DNA from: Dehalococcoidia bacterium
GTDB lineage: Bacteria; Chloroflexota; Dehalococcoidia; Lucifugimonadales; UBA3495
Direction: 5' to 3'
DNA: 64,000 nucleotides
Assembly (NCBI GenBank): GCA_965221385.1
Contig: OZ244885.1
Coordinates: forward strand, 1,088,643-1,152,642
The notes under the pieces were generated by a model. That model was not told the DNA's origin and made no database searches. It was given only the letters and a program-made list of their open reading frames with translations. Positions within the stretch are counted from its first letter, which is position 1; the number at the start of each line of letters is the position of its first letter. The position numbers and the translations under genes were made by a program. This document shows, piece by piece, positions 17,433 to 26,710 of the stretch.

Positions 17433-20089
17433 TCTTCCACCTCCCTGCCGTCATCCTCCCAGTCGTATTCCATCACCTGATTCTCTTCTTTGTTCTCCTC
17501 ATCCCGTTCTACACTTTCCGCCCCAGCCGGATTCGCCATGGGCGGCTGGAAGTGCTTGCTGCGCGCCTGGCCGCTCCGGGAGTTCTTGGGCGGTTCCTCT
17601 GGGGTTTCCGCCGGTGGTTGGGACTGCTCGCCCTGCTCCATGGCCGCCAGGCCCGCTTGAAAATCGCCCACCGCGTCGCGCCCTCCGGTCTGCGCCGCCT
17701 CGATCTCCTCCAACGAGGTGAGGTAGTCCGCCTCCAGCGCCTGAATGCGGGCCGCCACCGCCGGGTCTCCCGGCTCCGGCGGGCGCACCTGCATGGAGAA
17801 GGCGTCCATCCGCTGGATTCCCACCGTGGCGCGGACGTAGCACTGGTGCACATCCAAGGACACGATGTCCTCCTCGGTTACCCGGTCCCGGCCCAGTTCG
17901 TACACCAACTGCCGGGCGTCGTTGCCCGCCACTTGGAACACCGCGAGGCACCCAACGTTGGCGAGGATGGTATCGCGCATGGTCAGGGACAGGTCGTTCA
18001 GCTTGCCCAGGCTCTGGGTGGCCAGAACGAAGCTGGCCCCATACTTGCCAAGCTCGCTGAGCATTGATTCGTAATCGACGCCGGGCAGGGCCTGCATCTC
18101 GTCCACCACCACCAGGACGCCCCGGCGCCGCTCCAAAGGCAGTTTCTCCTGCTCCCTGACCACCGAGTCCACCAGGTTCAGCAGGGAGGAACCCACCAGG
18201 GCCGACACGTCCCGGCCCACCGCTCCCTGGGCGGTGGATACGAAGAGGATGTCTCCGTTGAAAATGGTGTCCCGCAGGTCGATGGTGGAGCGGGACTGGC
18301 CCAGGATGGCCCGCGCCTTCTTGGAGGATGCGTAGTAGGTCAGGCGGGTCTGCACTGGGGCCAGGGCCGCGCTCTGGATGTCGCCCCGCCAGTTGCCGAA
18401 GTCCCTGGCCCACCATTCCAGCAGGAACTTGTCCGACACCTTGGCCAGAACGTCCCTCCGGAACTTCTCGTTGGCCAAGAGGGGCAGCCCGTCCAGGATG
18501 GTGTACTGCCTGTCGGCCTCCACCTTCTCGTTGGCCTCGTGCATGGTCTTGACCGTCTGCTCTAGGATGGACTGCATCCGGGGACCCCACTGTTCCCAGA
18601 GGCCCTTGGCCACCCGAACCACCGAGTCGGCGGTGCGGTCCCTGTCGGGAAAGGCCCTGGTGTCCAGCAGGTTGATACCGGGGAAGCCCCGGTCATCGGC
18701 CAAGTCGATGAGCTTCACCCTTTCGGCCAGGGATTCGGGAACCCGTTCCAGCAGTTCCTTCACCAGGTCGGCGTGGGGATCGACGACAACTATTGCGTCG
18801 CCGTCCCGGCCGGCGGCTTTCTCCCTCAGCTTGTGGCCGATGATGTGTCCCATGAGGGTGGACTTGCCCATGCGGGTGCGGGCCACGTAGAAGTGATGGC
18901 GGCGCAGCAGGTCGTCGGGGAAGTGGATTTCCCTAGGCCGCCCCGTGGTGGTCTCGCCCACGTGGGCGCCGCCCTTTACGCCCTTTGCCGAGGGCAGCAG
19001 CATTCGGGATCCAGCCCGGCTCACCAGGGGCGTTTCGTCCTTCGCCCCCGGCGGATGCCACAGGGTGGCGGCCTCCCTCACACCCAGGACGCTGCGCTTT
19101 CCGAAGAGTCCGGGGCCTCTGGGTTCGAGGTGAGTTGACGGAAGCACGGGGCGGATCCGGCTGACCCTGAAACGCGCTCCGGCGGGGTGGTCGTAATGCT
19201 TGTAGGCGGCGGCCACCTGCTCCAGCAGCTCCTTGGCACGCTCCGGCCCGGCGTCTTCGGGCAGGATGGCAGTCACCTGCACCTCCCCGTCGAAGGCGAT
19301 GCGGGAGACCTTCTCTTGGATGATCAGCGGGTCGTAGACCCGGTTGCGGGCCTTCTTCCACCGCCACCAGGCCCAGCCGGCGAAGGTCAGGGCCGCCGCC
19401 ATCCCGATGCCCAAGAGTACCGCCTTCCAGGTCTCGCCACGCTGCCACCACAGGTAGCCCTGGAGGGCTGGCAGGGCCAGCACTCCCAGAGCGGCCAGGT
19501 GTCCCACATCGGTGCGGGTGGCCTGGGCCTGGGCGTAATGGGGCGAGGCGTTGGGGTCGGGCTGCTTCTTGCGTTCCAGCATCTGCTGGTGACTCTGCGA
19601 CCAGTCGGGTCCCATGGAGCGCAGCTTCAGACGGCTCACCACCCGCTCGCCGTGATTGCAGTTGGACATGGCGCCCAGCAGGGCGATCAGGGGGTCGGAG
19701 CCGGGGGCCAGCAGGTCGTCGTCCCTGAAGGAACGGAGCGGCACGTACTCCGGTCCGGAAGCCCGCAGGGTCATTCCCCAAGCTTGCTCGCCTTCGCGGA
19801 GACGCAGGGGGTCCTCGGCATCCGGTATCTCCCGGATCATGGCCTGGGGGTAGCGGGCGGAAATTTGCCCACGCACCACCTGGTCTTTCAGGCAGCGGGC
19901 CAGCAGGGTGACGCCGTCCTCGTCCCCGGCCAGTTCCAGAGAGAAGGGTTCGGGGACGGCTATGGACTGCAGTGTGTTCTCGACACCCAAAAGAGTTCGG
20001 TCACCATTGCGGGGCGGCGTGATGGCCAACAGGACCGGGGGCTTCTTCTCGTCCCGTCCCAGCAGGTTGTTCAACAAGTTCCTTTTCAT
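17429..20089 (-). CDS. Type IV coupling protein (TraD/VirD4-like ATPase)
   Basis: Two TM helices (LAALGVLALPAL.., LLGIGMAAALTFAGWAWW), Walker A ARTRMGKST, Walker B VLVVVDEMQ. Confidence 0.8.
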   Translation of the reverse strand: MKRNLLNNLLGRDEKKPPVLLAITPPRNGDRTLLGVENTLQSIAVPEPFSLELAGDEDGVTLLARCLKDQVVRGQISARYPQAMIREIPDAEDPLRLREGEQAWGMTLRASGPEYVPLRSFRDDDLLAPGSDPLIALLGAMSNCNHGERVVSRLKLRSMGPDWSQSHQQMLERKKQPDPNASPHYAQAQATRTDVGHLAALGVLALPALQGYLWWQRGETWKAVLLGIGMAAALTFAGWAWWRWKKARNRVYDPLIIQEKVSRIAFDGEVQVTAILPEDAGPERAKELLEQVAAAYKHYDHPAGARFRVSRIRPVLPSTHLEPRGPGLFGKRSVLGVREAATLWHPPGAKDETPLVSRAGSRMLLPSAKGVKGGAHVGETTTGRPREIHFPDDLLRRHHFYVARTRMGKSTLMGHIIGHKLREKAAGRDGDAIVVVDPHADLVKELLERVPESLAERVKLIDLADDRGFPGINLLDTRAFPDRDRTADSVVRVAKGLWEQWGPRMQSILEQTVKTMHEANEKVEADRQYTILDGLPLLANEKFRRDVLAKVSDKFLLEWWARDFGNWRGDIQSAALAPVQTRLTYYASSKKARAILGQSRSTIDLRDTIFNGDILFVSTAQGAVGRDVSALVGSSLLNLVDSVVREQEKLPLERRRGVLVVVDEMQALPGVDYESMLSELGKYGASFVLATQSLGKLNDLSLTMRDTILANVGCLAVFQVAGNDARQLVYELGRDRVTEEDIVSLDVHQCYVRATVGIQRMDAFSMQVRPPEPGDPAVAARIQALEADYLTSLEEIEAAQTGGRDAVGDFQAGLAAMEQGEQSQPPAETPEEPPKNSRSGQARSKHFQPPMANPAGAESVERDEENKEENQVMEYDWEDDGREVEE

Positions 20090-20139
20090 ATCGTTATCCT
20101 CCCTTCTTCTATGGGTCTATTGGTTGCCGTTTCCAGCTT

Positions 20140-22335
20140 CTATTGGTTCTGGGTTCCAGGACGCCACTCGATGACCTCGGTCTCCTCCTGGGTGGCCTCG
20201 ATGCGGACGGGAAATCGGTTGCCCTGGGCCAGCAGTAGCCCGTCGCCGCGAGGACAGGACAGCAGCCAGCGTTGCAACTCCTCCGGCAGGTCGAAGGCGT
20301 CACCCACTGTGCTTATGGCCGCCGCGTCCTGCTGCAAAAGCAGCTTGAACGCAGCGTTCTGGAGCAACGCCCGTCCACTGTGGCCGGTGATGACGTTGGA
20401 GGCGTCCTCCGAGAGCAGGTCCTGCACGTCCTGGGTGATGAACTGCAACCCCAGCTTGTGCTTGCGGGCGCGCTTGGCCATGCTCACCATGAAGGCCGCG
20501 CCCTCCGGGTGCTGCATGATCGACCACACCTCGTCCACCACCAGCAGGCGCGGCTTGGGATTCTGGGCCGCCGCCGCCCAAACCGTCTCGGTGCAGACCA
20601 TGGCGGCGGCGGGGCGCAGGTCCGGTTCCAAGAGGTGCAGGTCGAAGACAGTCACCAACGCCTCGCGTTTGAGCAGGTCGTCGCCCTCGTCGGAGAGCAG
20701 GTGGCGCAGGCTGCCGGTGGCGAAGGGACGCAACAGGCGGGACAGGCCCGCGTCCTCCCCCTCCAGGTGGGCGTAGAAGTCGCGAAAGCCGGCGCCCGGA
20801 CGGGGCGCGGAGTAGTAGCCGGCCAGGGCGTGGTCCAGGTCTGACCGGCGCTCCGCGCTGAGCCTTTCCCCCACCATGACCTCAATGAGCCGCCGCAGGC
20901 TGCCGATGCGTTGGAGCATCTCCTCGGTGTCGCCCCGGTCGATGACGAAGGGATTGAGGCCCTGCCCTGGCACGCCGGGCGAAAGCACACGGCCTCCGGC
21001 GGCGCGGGCCATGTCCGCGTACTCACCCTCCGGGTCGATTACGTACACCACCACTCCCCGGCAGACGTTGCGGAGGGCGCCCAGCTTGGTGGCGAAGGAC
21101 TTGCCCGAACCGGAACGGGCGAGGACTGCGGTGTTGGCGTTGAGGTGCGTTCCGTCCCAGGGGTCGTACACCACCGGCGCCCCGGCCCGCAGGTCGATGC
21201 CCATCAGGGTTCCACTGCGGGTGTCCAGGTCCGGCGGCGAGAAGGGAAAGAGTCTCGCCAACGAAGAGGTGTCCAGCGTCCGCCAGGCGTTCACCGCGTT
21301 CAGGTTGAGGGGCAGGGTGGAAAGCAATCCCTCGCGTTGCCGGAAGGCCAGGGCGTCCAGCTCTCCCAAAGTCGCGCCGAAGTGCGCCCTCGCCCGCTGG
21401 GTCAATTCCTTGAGGGCGGCTTGGTCGTTGGTGTGCAGGGTGATTGAAAGGGAGGCGTGGAACAGCCGCTCCCGTCCCCGCTGCACCGCGTCCCGCAGAC
21501 GGGTAACGTCTTCCAGAGCGATCTCGGCTTCGGGAGACATGGACCGGCCCCGCTTGAGGGACAGAGACTGCGCCGACTCGAACCTGACCTTCTGCCATTC
21601 CAGGGTGCGGGCCGCCTGCTCCGGCGGAATCGGCCCCAGGTGCAGGGCCAGGTCCATCGGCGTTCCCACCGCCATCAGGCCCTGGAGGAAGCCCGGCGCC
21701 AAGGCGCGGGGCCACTTCACGAGGTGCAATGAGCGGGTGTAGCGGTCGCCGGTTCGCACGTGAAGGCGGTTGAGTTCCACGGTCAGGGGGTCGTCCTCGT
21801 CCCTTTCGGCGGGAGAGCCGCCCAGAAGCGCGGCCAGCAGCAGCATCCGAAGTTGGCGGCCCTCCATGGGGTGGACGCCCAGTCCGGCGCAGGCCAGCAG
21901 GCCCCGCAGTTCGTCCCGGCGGCCGTATTCGCAGACGGCGTAGAACCGCCGGTCCAAGATGCCCTCCCGGTTCTCCAGCCTTTCCAGCAGCCCGGCCAAT
22001 GAACCCGCCGCCGCCATCGCCTGCGGGGGCAGGTCGTCGGGTTGGGAATCTGACAAGACTTCGCGAAGATTCGCCAGCCGGGGCGAGTGCTGCCTGACCA
22101 GCAGTTGCAGCGGGAAGTCCAGGGCGTTCAGGGAACCGGCGAAGGCTCCCAGCTTGGGTTCGTCCAACTCCAGGCCCATGACCTCGCAAACCGCTAGCTT
22201 CACCCCGTCCAGCCGCACCGGTCCGTCCTCCTCCAGATGCGACAGCATGAAGAAGTGAGACAGGGGCGGCGGCGGCTTGGGAGTTGCGTCCTCGGCTTCG
22301 CCGTGTTTCGTGAATCGTTCCAATGGGGTTCTCAT
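20140..22335 (-). CDS. VirB4/TraE-like conjugative transfer ATPase
   Basis: Walker A ARSGSGKSF, VYVIDPEGEY, Walker B LLVVDEVWS; size and operon position. Confidence 0.8.
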   Translation of the reverse strand: MRTPLERFTKHGEAEDATPKPPPPLSHFFMLSHLEEDGPVRLDGVKLAVCEVMGLELDEPKLGAFAGSLNALDFPLQLLVRQHSPRLANLREVLSDSQPDDLPPQAMAAAGSLAGLLERLENREGILDRRFYAVCEYGRRDELRGLLACAGLGVHPMEGRQLRMLLLAALLGGSPAERDEDDPLTVELNRLHVRTGDRYTRSLHLVKWPRALAPGFLQGLMAVGTPMDLALHLGPIPPEQAARTLEWQKVRFESAQSLSLKRGRSMSPEAEIALEDVTRLRDAVQRGRERLFHASLSITLHTNDQAALKELTQRARAHFGATLGELDALAFRQREGLLSTLPLNLNAVNAWRTLDTSSLARLFPFSPPDLDTRSGTLMGIDLRAGAPVVYDPWDGTHLNANTAVLARSGSGKSFATKLGALRNVCRGVVVYVIDPEGEYADMARAAGGRVLSPGVPGQGLNPFVIDRGDTEEMLQRIGSLRRLIEVMVGERLSAERRSDLDHALAGYYSAPRPGAGFRDFYAHLEGEDAGLSRLLRPFATGSLRHLLSDEGDDLLKREALVTVFDLHLLEPDLRPAAAMVCTETVWAAAAQNPKPRLLVVDEVWSIMQHPEGAAFMVSMAKRARKHKLGLQFITQDVQDLLSEDASNVITGHSGRALLQNAAFKLLLQQDAAAISTVGDAFDLPEELQRWLLSCPRGDGLLLAQGNRFPVRIEATQEETEVIEWRPGTQNQ

Positions 22336-22374
22336 GTATGTTTCCTCCTTCCTTCTCGAATGATTTTGTGTCTG

Positions 22375-22704
22375 CTACGGGATTGGGAAATCGACCAGAC
22401 CGGAGCGGAGCAGGGCGGCGATTCCCTTGGCCGAAAGGGTCAGGACCAGGCCGACGACTGCCAACGCCACCGCGCTCTTGGCGCGGCCGCCGCCTCGCTC
22501 GTCGGTTCCGTCTGCCATCAGCAGGAACCCTGCCCAGACGATGGCGAAGAGACACAGGCCGGCACCGGCGTAGGCAAACGTGGTCAATGCCGCGTCGAAG
22601 GCGTCCAGCATGGCCTGCTCCTCCAGCGTCGGGCTGTAGAGCATGGTTCCCGCGCTGCTGCGCAGGATCGTCAAGATGGCGTCCATCACCAGGGCCACCC
22701 CCAA
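22375..22704 (-). CDS. Small two-TM membrane protein (TrbC/VirB2 pilin-like)
   Basis: Two hydrophobic helices separated by a charged loop; alternative start MDAILT at 22686 overlapping the upstream stop. Confidence 0.55.
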   Translation of the reverse strand: MGVALVMDAILTILRSSAGTMLYSPTLEEQAMLDAFDAALTTFAYAGAGLCLFAIVWAGFLLMADGTDERGGGRAKSAVALAVVGLVLTLSAKGIAALLRSGLVDFPIP

Positions 22705-24281
22705 CCCATCCGGTCGAACCAGCCCCGGGTTTCCTCATCGTCGATTCGGGACTGCCTGCCGTGGTCCGGCGTGGGAGTGGGCGCTGGTTTCTGCAGGGCT
22801 TGGTAGTTGTCGTCACTGCCCATGCTGACCGCCATCTGGAGAACTTCGGACCGGCTGCGGCTCAACGGCTGGCGGGATACGGTCTTCGCCTCCACCCTCG
22901 CCGGGTGATGGACGCTGAGCGTCACCGTCTGTTGGGAGTAGTCGCCCAGCCCGCAGTAGAGATAAACAGTTCGGGTCTTGGTCTGGGTCCACGCCCGCTT
23001 GTAGGTCAGGCGCGTCACCGGCGGGATGGGAACGCTCAATTGGGCGCTGGGATAGGCGGTCAGGGTGATGGGGTAGATTGCCCTGCCGCTGGGGATGCTC
23101 ATCCGGAACCGGGCGCTGCCGTTGGGGACGAAACTGGCGCCCACGCTTCGCATTGATGTCCAGACGACCACCTGGCCGCTGATGCTCGTCACCTGGCCGG
23201 TCAACGCGGCCCGCTCGGTGACGTTGCGATGGCCGGTGACCATGGCCACCTCTTCGGTATGGACGATGCTGCTCACGCACTGGGAGGCGATCACCCCCGA
23301 CAGGCTGCCCGGCGTCCATTCCAGCGATGCCAGCTCCAGGTCGCACAGTTCGCCCCTAACCGAGGGCAGCGGATGGGGGATTTGTTCTCCCTTGAGGGTG
23401 AGCGCCCCGGCCTGACCCAGGCCGTCCTCCCAGTCGAAGGTCAGGGACGGCTTGGGGCCGTGGAGCGGCATGGCGTAGGCGATGCTCTCGCCCTGGGCCA
23501 GCCGCGCCGACGCAAAGAAACGAGGAGTCTTGCCGGTCGCCCCTCCAAATGCCCGCGCCCGCAGTTCAATGCCGGTGGCCGCCCGCAGGGAAACCGTCGC
23601 GGTATTCCCTGACACCGCCAGCCGCTCGACGTATATGCGTCGGCCCGGCACGTGGGGCGGCGGCGGCACGTAGATTTCAGGGGATGTCCAGCGTCCGTCT
23701 TCAGGGCTGTCCGCCAATGCGGACTGCGGCGCGGCGACGGGGAGGGCGGCGGCGACCACCGCCAGGGCCGCCACCGCGAACAGGGTTCGCCGGATGTTCC
23801 GTCCCTTCGCCACCTTCCGCCACCGGCGCCGCCACAGCCAGGCGTGGGGACGGAAGGTACGCCGGCCCCGCTTCCGTTGACGGACCTGCCTGGCAAAGGA
23901 CTTGGCCGCCCGCTTCGCCAGTAGCCGGAGCGGATCGCCGCCCGAACCCACCGGCGCCGGGGCCTCGCTCTTCACCACCTGGGCTGGAGGCCCGGCGTAG
24001 AACCGCGCCCCCAGCCTGTGCTTCAGCAGGTCGGCGGCCACCAACGGCAGGCCCCGACCTCCGACCCGGCCCACGGTCATGGCCAGGCCAACCACGCCAA
24101 ACGCGATGGCGATGCCCAACTTCAGTGCCATGGGGCCGAAGGGAAAGTAGTGGTACACCCCGTAGCCCAGGGCGCACACCGCCACCATCGCCACGATCTT
24201 CGGGAAGCTCAACCCCAGCAGCACCTTGTCCTCGGCCTGCACGTGGGTTGGAACTTCGTGCTCTCTCATCATGCTTATCAC
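22686..24281 (-). CDS. PrgI/VirB3-like N-terminal membrane domain fused to a large extracytoplasmic domain
   Basis: N-terminus ..EDKVLLGLSFPKIVAMVAVCALGYGVY.. followed by a second TM and ~400 non-hydrophobic residues. Confidence 0.55.
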   Translation of the reverse strand: MISMMREHEVPTHVQAEDKVLLGLSFPKIVAMVAVCALGYGVYHYFPFGPMALKLGIAIAFGVVGLAMTVGRVGGRGLPLVAADLLKHRLGARFYAGPPAQVVKSEAPAPVGSGGDPLRLLAKRAAKSFARQVRQRKRGRRTFRPHAWLWRRRWRKVAKGRNIRRTLFAVAALAVVAAALPVAAPQSALADSPEDGRWTSPEIYVPPPPHVPGRRIYVERLAVSGNTATVSLRAATGIELRARAFGGATGKTPRFFASARLAQGESIAYAMPLHGPKPSLTFDWEDGLGQAGALTLKGEQIPHPLPSVRGELCDLELASLEWTPGSLSGVIASQCVSSIVHTEEVAMVTGHRNVTERAALTGQVTSISGQVVVWTSMRSVGASFVPNGSARFRMSIPSGRAIYPITLTAYPSAQLSVPIPPVTRLTYKRAWTQTKTRTVYLYCGLGDYSQQTVTLSVHHPARVEAKTVSRQPLSRSRSEVLQMAVSMGSDDNYQALQKPAPTPTPDHGRQSRIDDEETRGWFDRMGWGWPW

Positions 24282-24284
24282 CTC

Positions 24285-24608
24285 CTAGTTGCCGGACCCG
24301 GCGCCGGTGTTGCCGCTTCCGGAGCCACCGCTGCCGGAATTGCTGGTGGGATTGGGGAGGGTGGGGTCAACGGGGTTGCCCACCACGGCGTTCATCACCA
24401 GTTCCACCACGCCGTAGGCCACCATCGCCAGTACGATGCCTGCCAGGGCGGTCATCATGGCCGTCTTGCCCCGCTCCATCTGGTTGGGGGCGCCACTGGC
24501 GGTCAGGTACATGAAGGCTCCGTAGATGAAGTAGCCCACGCCGACGATGCCGACGATGCCCAACAGGATTCCCACGATGTTCGATATGGTCTGCGTCAGA
24601 TCAGCCAT
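24285..24608 (-). CDS. Pilin-like two-TM protein with Gly/Ser-rich tail
   Basis: ATG after AAGGAG; IVGILLGIVGIVGVGYFIYGAF .. AMMTALAGIVLAMVAYGVV; the track ORF extends to 24683. Confidence 0.6.
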   Translation of the reverse strand: MADLTQTISNIVGILLGIVGIVGVGYFIYGAFMYLTASGAPNQMERGKTAMMTALAGIVLAMVAYGVVELVMNAVVGNPVDPTLPNPTSNSGSGGSGSGNTGAGSGN

Positions 24609-24698
24609 TGATTCGTCTCCTTGCTTTTGGTTTTTCTCTGTTTCACTGGATTGTGGTTCATGCTTACCGGCGCATTTCTTCACCTCCCAAGGCTGCTT

Positions 24699-25706
24699 TT
24701 ATTCGCCGCTGCTTCTCGGCGCCGGGCCGGAACTCCCGGTTGCGCCACCGCCGCCGCTGCCTCCCGCGACGCCGGAATTGGCGGCGGAACTCATGGCGCT
24801 GCTTGCCAGACCCGCTGCTCCGGCCACCGCCGCCCCTGCAATTCCCGCCGCTCCCGCAGCCGCAGCCGCTCCACCGCCGCCACCGCCACCCAGCATCCCG
24901 ACGGCGCGGGCTGACCGGGCGATGGAGCCGGGCAGGGTCATGCCGAAGTAGAGGGTGTGCAGCCAGGCATCGAAGGTTCCCCGCTGCCCCAGCATCGACG
25001 GGATGCGTCCCGCCAAGTACACGAAGGCGATGGAAAGCAGCAGCTTCCACACCATGTCGCCGGCCGGCTCGAAGGCGGCGATGTGGGCGAACTCGCCTAG
25101 GAAGCCGAAACCAAGGGCCAACGCCACGAGCTGCACGGCCTGCTGGAAGACGGTGGTGAGGAAGGTGCGGAGCCAGTGGCGGCCCCAACTGGCGGTATGG
25201 GGAAGCATCCACAGGCCGAGGGCGATGGGCGCCAACGCCAGCAAGATGTCGATGAGGGCCAGGCGCAGGACCATCTGCACCAGCAGGTATAGGACGAAAA
25301 AGCCGAAGACCAGGTACAGCAATGCCACCAGAATGCCCAGGCCGGTATTGGCCGAGGCCATGGCGGTGAGTAGAGAGTCCAGCGGAGCGCGGGCCAGGTC
25401 GCCGGGGCTGACGCTCAGTTCGGAAGCGACGAATCCCGACACGGCGTCGGCGATGTCGATGATCAGGGCGCACCACCAGAGCGAGGACGCGGCGGCGGTG
25501 AGACCCAGGACCAGGCGGGGAACCAGTTCCCGCCACCCGGATTGGGCGCGGCCCAGATGCTCCTCAATGATGAGGGACAGGCCCATCCAGCCGATGATGA
25601 CGGCGAGGGCCGCTGACGTTACGGCCCAGACTGCGATCCATGCCTGGCGAACCAGCTCGTGGTCGTAGGTGAGGTTCGGAGGGGTTCCGGTGAGGATGTC
25701 TCCCAT
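24699..25706 (-). CDS. Polytopic membrane protein (VirB6/TrbL-like role inferred) with Gly/Ala-rich tail
   Basis: MGDILTG.. start; at least 6 hydrophobic segments. The upstream 211 codons of track ORF 24699..26339 overlap gene 25712..26326 in another frame and are rejected. Confidence 0.6.
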   Translation of the reverse strand: MGDILTGTPPNLTYDHELVRQAWIAVWAVTSAALAVIIGWMGLSLIIEEHLGRAQSGWRELVPRLVLGLTAAASSLWWCALIIDIADAVSGFVASELSVSPGDLARAPLDSLLTAMASANTGLGILVALLYLVFGFFVLYLLVQMVLRLALIDILLALAPIALGLWMLPHTASWGRHWLRTFLTTVFQQAVQLVALALGFGFLGEFAHIAAFEPAGDMVWKLLLSIAFVYLAGRIPSMLGQRGTFDAWLHTLYFGMTLPGSIARSARAVGMLGGGGGGGAAAAAGAAGIAGAAVAGAAGLASSAMSSAANSGVAGGSGGGGATGSSGPAPRSSGE

Positions 25707-25711
25707 GTGGG

Positions 25712-26326
25712 CTACCCTCCCCGGCAGTTGGCGGCGTCCTGGCCGCCGGAGATGCGGGTAATCACGCCGCACAACGCTCCGTGGACTCCCTCCACCACCC
25801 ATCGGGAGGCTGCACGGCCCCAACGGTCGGGCTGCAATGCGCCCAGCACCCGGTCCCAGAGGCCGGTGGGCTGGTGCACGGGAATCACGGCGTAGAAGTC
25901 GTGGGGTTCGCCGCCCGCCACGGAAGCCAGCATCACCAGCAGGTAAACCCGCTCCGGGTCCAGGTCCGGCTGGTCGTTCAGTGCCGGATACTCGAAGGTG
26001 TACTCCCAGCCGTGGCTGAGGCGTTTCTCGCCGCCAACGACGCGGTACATGGCGGTGAGCCAGTTCCCGGTGTCGGCGTCGCGGATGCCGTAGGTCAGGG
26101 TGTCGAGCTGATGGGAGAACACCGGCCGGGCGATGAAGTCGCCGTCCTTGCGCCGCTCCACCAAGCTCAGGTGGTCGTTGACTAACTCCAGGTCGTTGAC
26201 CGTTCCCTGGGCCAACGCCGCGCCGACCGGAATAGCCAACAGCGTCGCCACCAGCAGGGCGGCGGACACGACCAATGGCGTTCGGCGCCGTGGGCCGCGT
26301 TCCCGAAACTCGAAGGGCCGGAGCAT
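25712..26326 (-). CDS. Secreted/lipid-anchored hypothetical protein, first gene of the T4SS operon
   Basis: Signal-peptide-like RRRTPLVVSAALLVATLLAIPVGAALAQG. Confidence 0.6.
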   Translation of the reverse strand: MLRPFEFRERGPRRRTPLVVSAALLVATLLAIPVGAALAQGTVNDLELVNDHLSLVERRKDGDFIARPVFSHQLDTLTYGIRDADTGNWLTAMYRVVGGEKRLSHGWEYTFEYPALNDQPDLDPERVYLLVMLASVAGGEPHDFYAVIPVHQPTGLWDRVLGALQPDRWGRAASRWVVEGVHGALCGVITRISGGQDAANCRGG

Positions 26327-26360
26327 GGCTGCCTCCCATCGGGCCGATATACGCCCGAAT

Positions 26361-26442
26361 GTTCTACAACCAGTCTGGCCTCTGGACCGCCCGCCCGTAA
26401 TGCCTTGAAAGGGGGGGATCGCACGCCCCCCCTTTCAAGGCA
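26361..26442 (+). promoter_or_regulatory. Conserved motif, right copy in element B, ending in a perfect 17-bp stem (26401..26417 / 26426..26442)
   Basis: GTTCTACAACCAGTCTGG..GTAATGCCTTGAAAGGGGG aligns with 13778..13830; TGCCTTGAAAGGGGGGG-atcgcacg-CCCCCCCTTTCAAGGCA. Confidence 0.5.
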
Positions 26443-26605
26443 TGGGATTTTCCCGCCCCGGCGTGGTGTGATTGAGGTGTACAGGAATTGGGACTTCCAG
26501 GACATTGAGGTACGGCAGGGATTCCGTAGCTGAATTGGGGTGTTTCAGGCCCATTTCGGCTAGTTTCAGTAAACACTTGCTGTCCAATGCGAAATCCCAC
26601 CCTGA

Positions 26606-26689
26606 TGTACATCGGCCCCGTTTGGCCTGTACATCGGCGCGGGCCGAAAATCGAAGCCCCGTGTACATCGGCCCTATTGGATGTGTACA
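26606..26689. promoter_or_regulatory. Four TGTACA palindromes (three as TGTACATCGGC[CG]) upstream of the regulator gene
   Basis: Sites at 26606..26617, 26628..26639, 26662..26673 and 26684..26689. Confidence 0.5.
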
Positions 26690-26710
26690 AGGATTCAGGA
26701 GGGGGAGAAC

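Noticed and set aside
19187-22816. Long overlapping ORFs 19187..20776 (+), 20272..20844 (+), 20876..21742 (+) and 21023..22816 (-)
   Set aside because: All overlap the coupling protein and VirB4 genes in other frames or strands. They have no motifs and are Arg/Pro/Gly-rich.
24699-26339. The full 546-aa track ORF taken as one gene
   Set aside because: The first 211 codons overlap the signal-peptide protein 25712..26326 in another frame and look like a shadow frame. The real start is MGDILTG at 25706.
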